Source: Guillardia theta CCMP2712 (taxonomy: Eukaryota > Protista > Cryptophyta). Taken from it: a stretch of 64,000 nucleotides of DNA. The stretch's first letter is position 1. Every line of letters starts with the position of its first letter. Under the pieces are notes generated by a model. It ran no database searches and was not told where the DNA came from. It worked only from the letters and a program-made list of their open reading frames with translations. Location: positions 45,952 to 109,951 of the forward strand of contig NW_005434512.1 of assembly GCF_000315625.1 (NCBI RefSeq), written 5' to 3'. Of this stretch, positions 46,171-56,656 are shown piece by piece. A program made the translations under genes and the position numbers.

Positions 46171-49035
46171 CGAGTTGCAACTACTTAGCATCAGCGAAGG
46201 TGCAAGCTTGCCGTCTTCCGAGCCTCTCCGGTTGTTCGCCTCCTATCTCTCCAGCTCCTATGGAGACTCTGCTGACCTTTGCCTCTTTCACAAGGATCAG
46301 TCAGCTTCCCTTGTGTGCAAGCAGGTTTAGCTTGTTCCTGCTTTGTTTTCCCTTATGCGAGTAAAACTCTGTTCCTGCCCTTCAATGTACTTCGGGCGTC
46401 TGTCAAGGCGATGTTCCCTCCAGCGTACTCTTCTGCCACAGCATCCACCCACTGCCCTTGCGGGCGCAAGCACTTCTCGAGCCAGAGGACAGCTCCTCCT
46501 CNNNNNNNNNNNNNNNNNNNNNNNNNNNNNNNNNNNNNNNNNNNNNNNNNNNNNNNNNNNNNNNNNNNNNNNNNNNNNNNNNNNNNNNNNNNNNNNNNNN
46601 NNNNNNNNNNNNNNNNNNNNNNNNNNNNNNNNNNNNNNNNNNNNNNNNNNNNNNNNNNNNNNNNNNNNNNNNNNNNNNNNNNNNNNNNNNNNNNNNNNNN
46701 NNNNNNNNNNNNNNNNNNNNNNNNNNNNNNNNNNNNNNNNNNNNNNNNNNNNNNNNNNNNNNNNNNNNNNNNNNNNNNNNNNNNNNNNNNNNNNNNNNNN
46801 NNNNNNNNNNNNNNNNNNNNNNNNNNNNNNNNNNNNNNNNNNNNNNNNNNNNNNNNNNNNNNNNNNNNNNNNNNNNNNNNNNNNNNNNNNNNNNNNNNNN
46901 NNNNNNNNNNNNNNNNNNNNNNNNNNNNNNNNNNNNNNNNNNNNNNNNNNNNNNNNNNNNNNNNNNNNNNNNNNNNNNNNNNNNNNNNNNNNNNNNNNNN
47001 NNNNNNNNNNNNNNNNNNNNNNNNNNNNNNNNNNNNNNNNNNNNNNNNNNNNNNNNNNNNNNNNNNNNNNNNNNNNNNNNNNNNNNNNNNNNNNNNNNNN
47101 NNNNNNNNNNNNNNNNNNNNNNNNNNNNNNNCTTGTGTTTTGTGTGTGATTGTGCAGCTTCTCGCTGTGGACTGTGTGCCTGCCGGTTCAGCTTGTTCCT
47201 GCTTTGTTTTGCTTGAGGCACTTTTTACCTTCTGCCAATAAATCCTATGCCTGCTCCTCCTGGGCGGTTATCTGAGTTTTAGCAACAAGCAAGACCGGCT
47301 TTGTTTTGCTTGAGGCACTTTTTGAGGCACTTTTTACCTTCTGCCAGTAAATCCACTATTCTTTTTACCTTCTGCCAGAAGATGGATTTACTGGCAGAAG
47401 GTAAAAAGTGCCTCAAGCAAAACAAAGCAGGAACAAGCGAAACCTCCTGGCACACAGCGCACAGCGAGAAGCTGCACAATCACACACAAAACACAAGCCC
47501 GAAAAGAACCAGCCAGTAAATCTTCCCTCCCATCCTCATGGCCGCAAGATGAAGGGTGATATCCACATCCCTGGGATCCGAGATCTAGGGTCTGAGCAGT
47601 ACGAGGGCTTGATGGCGGACGTGACGTTGGTCCACCCTTACATTGGTAGCTCTGCCGACCTGACCAAGTTGACTACAATGGATTTACTGGCAGAAGGTAA
47701 AAAGTGCCTCAAGCAAAACAAAGCAGGAACAAGCTAAACCTCCAGGCACACAGCACACAGCGAGAAGCTGCACAAACACACACAAAACACAAGCCCGAAA
47801 ATTGTATAGGATTTACTGGCAGAGGGTAAAAAGTGCCTCAAGCAAAACAAAGCAGGAACAAGCTAAACCTCCAGGCACACAGTCCACAGCGAGAAGCTGC
47901 ACAAACACACACAAAACACAAGCCCGAAAAGAACCAGCACTGCTGGCACCCAGAAAAGAACCAGCACTGCTGGCACCCAGACGCGGCATCTGCCAGTAAA
48001 TCCATTGTGGGATCGCCAGCCCAAGCGCGAAGCCGCGCAGACAAGCAGCCTAAGGGTCAAGCAATCAAGCAACAAGCAGCAGGAGCAAGCAGGAGTTGAG
48101 GGAGCAACCTCGACGCCCTCCATGTTGCAGCGTCTGAGAAGATTCGCAAACATCGCGCTGCATATGCCATGAGCGTTCATCCCTCTTGCCATCTCGACCG
48201 ACGGTACTCTGCATCCTGACACCCTCCGCTTCATCTGGAATCTAGCGGACATCATTGCTCAGCGCTCGATGCCTCTTGAGGATGTGGTTTGCTAGGATTT
48301 ACTGGCAGAAGGTAAAAAGTGCCTCAAGCAAAACAAAGCAGGAACAAGCTGAACCGGCAGGCACACAGTCCACAGCGAGAAGCTGCACAAACACACACAA
48401 AACACAAGCCCGAAAAGAACCAGCACTGCTGGCACCCAGACGCGGCATCGCCAGCCCAAGCGCGAAGCCGCGCAGACAAGCAGCCGAAGGGTCAAGCAAT
48501 CAAGCAACAAGCAGCAGGAGCATGCAGGAGGAATAAAATCCTCTTAGACACGATACCCGGGAGGCAGCCGACTGACCACTGTCANNNNNNNNNNNNNNNN
48601 NNNNNNNNNNNNNNNNNNNNNNNNNNNNNNNNNNNNNNNNNNNNNNNNNNNNNNNNNNNNNNNNNNNNNNNNNNNNNNNNNNNNNNNNNNNNNNNNNNNN
48701 NNNNNNNNNNNNNNNNNNNNNNNNNNNNNNNNNNNNNNNNNNNNNNNNNNNNNNNNNNNNNNNNNNNNNNNNNNNNNNNNNNNNNNNNNNNNNNNNNNNN
48801 NNNNNNNNNNNNNNNNNNNNNNNNNNNNNNNNNNNNNNNNNNNNNNNNNNNNNNNNNNNNNNNNNNNNNNNNNNNNNNNNNNNNNNNNNNNNNNNNNNNN
48901 NNNNNNNNNNNNNNNNNNNNNNNNNNNNNNNNNNNNNNNNNNNNNNNNNNNNNNNNNNNNNNNNNNNNNNNNNNNNNNNNNNNNNNNNNNNNNNNNNNNN
49001 NNNNNNNNNNNNNNNNNNNNNNNNNNNNNNNNNNN

Positions 49036-50670
49036 AAAGTGCCGACCATACGCCGCATCCTCAAGAGGCATCGAGCGCTGAGCAATGATGTCTGCCAAAT
49101 ACCAGATGAAGCGGAGGGTGTCAGGATGCAGGGTACCGTCCGTCGAGATGGCAAGAGGGATGAACGCTCGAGGAGGAGTAGTCATAGCATACGCAGCGCG
49201 ATGTTTGCGAATCTTCTCAGACGCTGCAACATGGAGGGCGTCGAGGTTGACCTCCCCCCACTTGGTCAGGTCGGCAGAGCTACCAATGTAAGGGTGGACC
49301 AACGTCACGTCCGCCATCAAGCCCTCGTACTGCTCGGACCCTCGATCGCGGATTCCAGGGATGTGGATATCGCCCTTCATCTTGCGGCCATGAGGATGGG
49401 AGGGTACCTGCCGTCGAGAACGAGGATCCCCCACTGTATCGATGACGCTCTGAAGACCAGCTTCGTTCAGCATCGACCGAATCGTACGAGTAAGGTTGTC
49501 ATGCGCCGTGGGAAGCTTGGAGGATCGGCGTTTGCAGGTCTGGAGATGATGTGCAGCAACGGAGGGATCGAGCTCGCGCTGACATCCATCACATTCCGTC
49601 GGACACTGGCAGATCGGCATGCCATGGAGATAGCAGTCGAGCATCTGAGCATAGCGGTGCGGGAAGGCCTTGAGGGGGTAGTAGCTCGAGACTCGCATCG
49701 GAGAGTGGCTCAGGTCTCGCTCAGGAAAATGAGCGAAGATGGTAGACTGCAAGACCCTATCCTGCGACTTGAGCGAGTGTGTCCTGCGGCTGTGCGAGGT
49801 GAGGATATCACGCTGCTGATCGGTCAGCGCAGCGCGAGCATGCACATGGCGAGGGAAGACGCGCATGACAAGAGGAGTCACATTTCGCTGCGCAGGGGGA
49901 GGAATGAAGTGCTCATGAGACGAGTCGACGAGAGCGCGCAAACCAGGGATGTGTACCACAGATGCCGGGGGGCGTCCTGCGTCATCAGGCACAGCAGCCG
50001 GGGCAGGTGGGATCGCCGCGCCATCTGCAGCCGGTGCAGGAGCCCTCACACGACGGTAGAGGATCGCTCCAGCATTATGAACGAAGTCGTGCGCCTCAAC
50101 GAAGAAGGTCGCCAGAGGATGCTTCTGGGCACGGAGAGATCTCGAGCAGTGAACGTCCAGGCAAGCGAGGAAGCGAGCGATAGCCGTATAGTAAACAGCG
50201 GGGTGTAGACCCTCAGAGGGCGTGAACTCGTCCCCTCCCCGACTATGCGGAAGCTCCCGCTTGAACCTCGCAAACTCTAGCAGGTCGGGATGCGCGGCGA
50301 GGTACTGCGAGGAAGGCCAGCGGTGGTATTTCTCAAGCGCCAGGTGGACAGAGAGGTCAAAGCGACGAATCTGTGATTGGACCCGCGGGAGAAACGGAGA
50401 TGACCCCTGGAGGAAGAAGCGCAGCTTCTGGAGATGGCTCGCCCTCACCAGCGTCTTGAACATGAAGCCATGCTGGACGAGCCCGAGCTTCGAGAGCTCT
50501 TCGTTGAGGGTAGAAACCTTCGCTCGGAGCTGACTAGCATGAAATCCATCCGTGCCGATAGGCAGGCCGCCAAGTGTAATCCCGCCAGTGACGACCTCGA
50601 AGTGAAGAAGTTGAGTCTTGAGACGGCGCTTAAGGCTCTTCTTCAGCTGCGAGAGATCAGGGTGCCAAGT
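49036..50670 (-). pseudogene. C-terminal half of the retrotransposon ORF: RT thumb, CCHC zinc knuckle and restriction-like endonuclease
   Basis: Open frame with GITLGGLPIG, CDGC-x10-HHLQTC, AHD, GDIHIPG, ADVTLVHP, EKIRKH and FIPLAISTDG. Confidence 0.85.
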
Positions 50671-52135
50671 TGATGCCAGGAGGGGACAGCAGCAAGCAGC
50701 AGCAGGCAGCAGCAACTTCGGCGGTTATCTCGGAACCTGCAGCTGCCGTTCCCTCAACAGCTCAGTGCAGTGAAGGAGTCGGAGCAACCACAAAGGCGGC
50801 GACGGCGGCGACGGCGGCGGCGGCGGCAGCAGCAGAGACAGCCTCAGCCACCGCCACAGCAGCGACCACAACCAAGAGGGCCGAGGCACCAGCAGCCCGC
50901 GTCTCAGGGGGAGCGGGCCTGTTACTTCGCCGCGACCTCTCCTGTCTCTCACCTCTGCGTACGAGCGCCAAAGACAGTTGTCGATTCGCCAGTTCTCCGC
51001 GGGTGACCTTCATCGGGTTGTACGGACGCTGCTAAGCTCAGGCAACTACAAGGCTGACAATCTTGCTGATCTTCTTGCTGAGGCACAAGCGAAGTTCCCT
51101 GCTGGTCCATCGCCTGCCTTTGGAAGTGCTTCCGCGGCTCATCTCACCCAGCAGGCGCTTACGGCCCTTCGGAGCAGGATCTGACTGACATCCTGCCTGA
51201 TCCAGGCGATGAAGCGCTACAGCTCCTTTGCGGGGACCGATGACCAAGGGTGGAGGATTCGGCAATACCTGTCTCCCCTCCGAGGCTGATCAGCCAGACC
51301 TTCTGATTCCTGCTCAGTACTTCCTCTTGTCTCACCCTGCTTGAGGCACTTTTTACCTTCTGCCAGTAAATCCATATACACTCGAGCGATTCAGTTCGGA
51401 CTGGATCGAGACGGCTGTCTGAAGTTCTCGCAAACCGTGTCCGCGCTCCTGCCTGTTCATACTCGCGGTGATGATGAAGATGTCGCGAACCCCACAGTGC
51501 TTGAGGCACTTTTTACCTTCTGGGAGTAAAACTCAGTTGTCTGACAGTGCTGGTGAGTTTGGATGCAAAGAACGCCTTCAAATCCCTCGACTGCCAAGCT
51601 CTCTTCGACTCCATCGAGGGAAGGGCGAGTTGCAACTACTTAGCATCAGCGAAGGTGCAAGCTTGCCGTCTTCCGAGCCTCTCAGTCCGGTTGTTCGCCT
51701 CCTATCTCTCCAGCTCCTATGGAGACTCTGCTGACCTTTGCCGAGTCAGCTTCCCTTGTGTGCAAGCAGGTTTAGCTTGTTCCTGCTTTGTTTTGCTTGA
51801 GGCACTTTTTCCCTTATGCGAGTAAAACTCTGTTCCTGCCCTTCAATGTACTTCGGGCGTCTGTCAAGGCGATGTTCCCTCCAGCATACTCTTCTGCCAC
51901 AGCATCCACCCACTGCTCCTCCTGGGCGGTTATCTGAGTTTTAGCAACAAGCAAGACCGGCAGGCATAGAGCACACAGCAACAAAAGCAGTGAACAGTCA
52001 AGGCGATGCTCAGCGAAGGTAGCCGAGTCAGCGGTAGCCGCCCGTGACGGCGGCGACGCCGCAGCAATGCCCAAGGACCGGCGTGACCCGACCGATGCCG
52101 GGGAGGAAGCAGGCGAGCTCGGACCAGCAGCAAGC

Positions 52136-52153
52136 AACCCTAAACCCTAAACC
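52136..52153 (-). repeat. Interstitial telomeric repeat (TTTAGGG)2.5
   Basis: AACCCTAAACCCTAAACC; absent from the homologous copy at ~55255-55285. Confidence 0.8.
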
Positions 52154-55100
52154 ACCCCAGTGGTGTCGAGCTCTCCGGAGGCACCCGACGTCACAGTGAG
52201 GGACGGAGACGCCTCGCCAGCTCCGGGCGGCGCCGATCATCGGCGCCACTCTGGATGTTTCCCCCATCGGAGTCGGAGACCTCCGGCGAAGGGCGATGGA
52301 TTTACTGGCAGAAGGTAAAAAGTGCCTCAAGCAAAACAAAGCGGCGAAAACTCCTCGGGCGACTCGACAAAGTCCGAGGAGGAGCTGTCCTCTGGCTCGA
52401 GAAGTGCTTGCGCCCGCTAGGGCGTCATGCGCCTCGCGAGGAGGACTACCTCGAGCGGTACCGTGTTCATGTGTCTCAGATGGATTTACTGGCAGAAGGT
52501 AAAAAGTGCCTCAAGCAAAACAAAGCAGGAACAAGCTAAACCTCCAGGCACACAGCGCACAGCGAGAAGCTGCACAATCACACACAAAACACAANNNNNN
52601 NNNNNNNNNNNNNNNNNNNNNNNNNNNNNNNNNNNNNNNNNNNNNNNNNNNNNNNNNNNNNNNNNNNNNNNNNNNNNNNNNNNNNNNNNNNNNNTCAGGC
52701 AATCAAGCAACAGCAGCAGAGCATGCAGAGGAATGAGGATCCCTTTAGACGCCGATACGCCGGAGGCAGCCGACTGACCACTGTCAGTCGAGACGTCCGC
52801 TGCCGCCACAAAGCGGGCGGCCGCGGACGGAGAAAGGGCAGCCGCCGACAAGGAGCCGGCGTTGCCCGGGGAGGGAGGCTGGACACAGGAACACGGTACC
52901 GCTCGAGGTAGTCCTCCTCGCTAGCCTCCGAGTGCTGTTTCTTTTCGGGCTTGTGTCCTTCTGCCAGTAAATCCTATGTCAAATCAAAAAAAAAAAAAAA
53001 AATGAGGGGGTAGTAGCTCGAGACTCGCATCGGAGAGTGGCTCAGGTCTCGCTCAGGAAAATGAGCGAAGATGGTAGACTGCAAGACCCTATCCTGCGAC
53101 TTGAGCGAGTGTGTCCTGCGGCTGTGCGAGGTGAGGATATCACGCTGCTGATCGGTCAGCGCAGCGCGAGCATGCACATGGCGAGGGAAGACGCGCATGA
53201 CAAGAGGGGTCACTGTATAGGATTTACTGGCAGAAGGTAAAAAGTGCCTCAAGCAAAACAAAGCAGGAACAAGCTGAACCGGCAGGCACACAGTCCACAG
53301 CGAGAAGCTGCACAAACACACACAAAACACAAGCCCGAAAAGAACCAGCACTGCTGGCACCCAGACGCGGCATCGCCAGCCCAAGCGCGAAGCCGCGCAG
53401 ACAAGCAGCCTAAGGGTCAGGCAATCGTCGGCGCCACTCGACGTGTTTCCCCCATCGGAGTCGGAGACCTCCGGCGAAGACTCCCCCTCGGGCGACTCGA
53501 CAAAGTCCGAGGAGGAGCTGTCCTCTGGCTCGAGAAGTGCTTGCGCCCGCAAGGGCGTCATGCGCCTCGCACCAGACAAGAGCGCCTCCAGCGTCAGCTC
53601 TGTAGTGAGGCGCTGATAGGTGGCGGCGCGTTTGCGAGCCAGGACCTCAGCAGCAGGGCCGTCATCAGGCACAAAGTGCCGACCATACGCCGCATCCTCA
53701 AGAGGCATCGAGCGCTGAGCAATGATGTACGGTCCGCCAAATACCAGATGAAGCGGAGGGTGTCAGGATGCAGGGTACCGTCCGTCGAGATGGCAAGAGG
53801 GATGAACGCTCGAGGAGGAGTAGTCATAGCATATGCAGCGCGATGTTTGCGAATCTTCTCAGACGCTGCAACATGGAGGGCGTCGAGGTTGACCTCCCCC
53901 CACTTGGTCAGGTCGGCAGAGCTGCCAATGTAAGGGGTAATAGTGGATTTACTGGCAGAAGGTAAAAAGTGCCTCAAGCAAAACAAAGCAGGAACAAGCT
54001 AAACCTCCAGGCACACAGCGCACAGCGAGAAGCTGCACAATCACACACAAAACACAAGCCCGAAAAGAACCAGCACTGCTGGCACCCAGACGCGGCACCG
54101 CCAGCCCAAGCGCGAAGCCGCGCAGACATCGGTATGTGGTAGGGTTAATCGTATCTACCACCTCAGNNNNNNNNNNNNNNNNNNNNNNNNNNNNNNNNNN
54201 NNNNNNNNNNNNNNNNNNNNNNNNNNNNNNNNNNNNNNNNNNNNNNNNNNNNNNNNNNNNNNNNNNNNNNNNNNNNNNNNNNNNNNNNNNNNNNNNNNNN
54301 NNNNNNNNNNNNNNNNNNNNNNNNNNNNNNNNNNNNNNNNNNNNNNNNNNNNNNNNNNNNNNNNNNNNNNNNNNNNNNNNNNNNNNNNNNNNNNNNNNNN
54401 NNNNNNNNNNNNNNNNNNNNNNNNNNNNNNNNNNNNNNNNNNNNNNNNNNNNNNNNNNNNNNNNNNNNNNNNNNNNNNNNNNNNNNNNNNNNNNNNNNNN
54501 NNNNNNNNNNNNNNNNNNNNNNNNNNNNNNTTGAAACTTGAAACTTTGTCCTGCCCCCTGCTGGCGAGAGGCAACGTGAGTAAGGCAACACTTGATCAAG
54601 GCCGTCGGAGGCAGACGAGGGTGAGAGAAGGAAGCGACATGGAATGCCGTGAAGCGCACGGAGCGGANNNNNNNNNNNNNNNNNNNNNNNNNNNNNNNNN
54701 NNNNNNNNNNNNNNNNNNNNNNNNNNNNNNNNNNNNNNNNNNNNNNNNNNNNNNNNNNNNNNNNNNNCAGTGCAAGAGCGCCTCCAGCGTCAGCTGCATA
54801 GTGAGGCGCTGATAGGTGGCGGCGCGTTTGCGAGCCAAGACCTCAGCAGCAGGGCCGTCATCAGGCAGCAGGGCCGTCATCATCGGAGGCTAGCGAGGAG
54901 GACTACCTCGAGCGTTTGGTCGGCACTTCGTTCCTGATGATGGACCTGCTGCTGAGGTCTGGGCTCGCAAACGCGCCGCCACCTATCAGCGCCTCACCAT
55001 GCAGCTGACGCTGGAGGCGCTCTTGTCTGGTGCGACTCCGGCGAGGCGGGCGGAAGGCATGACGCCCTTGCGGGCGCAAGCACTTCTCGAGCCAGAGGAC

Positions 55101-56656
55101 AGCTCCTCCTCGGACTTTGTCGAGTCGCCCGAGGAGGAGTCTTCGCCGGAGGTCTCCGACTCCGATGGGGGACACCCGACGACCGGCGCGGAGCTGGCGA
55201 GGCGTCTCCGTCCCTCACTGTGACGTCGTCGGGTGCCTCCGGAGAGCCTCTCGACACCACTGGGGTGCTTGCTGCTGGTCCGAGCTCGCCTGCTTCCTCC
55301 CCGGCATCGGTCGGGTCACGCCGGTCCTTGGGCATTGCCCGGCGCGGCGTCGCCGCCGTCACGGGCGGTGTTGGTTTCGGCTACCGCTGACTCGGAGGCT
55401 AGCGAGGAGGACTACCTCGAGCGGTACCGTGACGGTGTTCATGTCGTCCGCGGCCGCCAGCTTTGTGGCGGCAGCGGACGTCTCGACTGACAGTGGTCAG
55501 TCGGCTGCCTTGCTTGACCCTTAGGCTGCTTGTCTGCGCGGCCTGCCAGCAGTGCTGGTTCTTTTCGGGCTTGTGTTTTGTGTGTGATTGTGCAGCTTCT
55601 CGCTGTGCGCTGTGTGCCAGGAGGTTTAGCTTGTTCCTGCTTTGTTTTGCTTGAGGCACTTTTTACCTTCTGCCAGTAAATCCGTCTAGCCTGCTGCAAC
55701 GGCTTCATTAGGATTTACTGGCAGAACGGCTACCAGTCCTACGGGTCCGGGTTCGGCTCCCAGTTCGTCTGCGGCGCCTTCCCCACGGGGTCGTACCCCA
55801 TCGCCCGCATGCGCAGGAACGTCAAGGGCTACTACGAGATCGGACCCGCAAGGACCCCGTCAAGGTCTCCGCCATCTCCATGGAGATCTTCCAGCAGAAC
55901 TTCGCATCGACAGGATCACCATGGAAGCAGCGTCGCCGTCCGATCAGGGCCAGTCGATGGTCGACCAGTGGCCCCAGGCTGCCGGGAGCAGGCCGCGGGC
56001 AGCCGCGTGAGACTCAGGGCCGGAGTCCGGCGACGACATCGGGAGTCCAGCGATCTGGGGTCACTGAGGCCCGGCCTCTCGCGCTTGACTCTGTGAGGCT
56101 CAAGTCGCCCAAAGAAGGAATGTGAAACTTAGTAAATCTAGTAGGGACTCTCATTACTCAGTAGGGACAATTTGGCTAGCAACGAAGGCCCCCCCACGGT
56201 AAAGAGCAGGTACTCAACCGGTGGGGAAGGGACGGGCGGCGGCCGGCTGGCCCGGCCGGGGGGAGCACTCAGGCACAAGTTGCTCTCAGAGTCTTGTCAC
56301 CGTCCGCCACGGTCCGAGGCTCGCTGGTGCTGCCGCTAGTAGTCGGACTGACTCGGACCACCCGGACGGGCGACTGAGGCAGTTTACTGACTGGATTAGA
56401 AAGAAGGTGAATGACTAGTACCTGATTGTCACCACGTCCCCTGAACGATTTACACGTCCCTCTGTCACATCCCCTTAACTTGAAGCCACGTCCCCTTACT
56501 TTTCTTTTATATTGTTTTACGAGGGGGACAGGGGGACATGACTTGGTATCACCGTAGTAAAGAGGGGTCGTAAGACAGGGGGATGTGACCGGCCGCAAGT
56601 TTACTATAAAGGTGCGCGCGTTGCGAGGAGGAGCAGGAGGAGCGAGCTGGACGCTG

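Larger units (their letters stand above)
46502..54767. other. Assembly gaps: 46502-47131, 48585-49035, 52595-52694, 54167-54530, 54668-54767
   Basis: Runs of N. Confidence 1.
43738..55726. mobile_element. Scrambled cluster of a CRE/SLACS-like non-LTR (RT + RLE) retrotransposon, fragments in both orientations
   Basis: RT motifs LRPIVIGSAHRRLATK, QFG and LVSLDAKNAF; post-RT GITLGGLPIG; CCHC knuckle and RLE motifs. The ~250-bp 3' UTR ending GTAAATCC is repeated many times. Five N gaps. Confidence 0.85.

Noticed and set aside
54137-54162. Hairpin GTGGTAG..CTACCAC with a TAGGGTTA telomere-like core
   Set aside because: Only a 7-bp stem and one partial repeat beside a gap; compatible with chance.
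46279-54883. Long ORFs containing X runs, and the recurring MPQAKQSRNK peptides
   Set aside because: Artefacts of translating through N gaps and of the antisense 3' UTR.
43984-55683. LTR or DIRS-type terminal repeats
   Set aside because: The repeat is the 3' UTR following the ORF stop. It occurs many times with variable truncation. The protein has RLE non-LTR motifs and no integrase, RNase H or tyrosine recombinase is seen.
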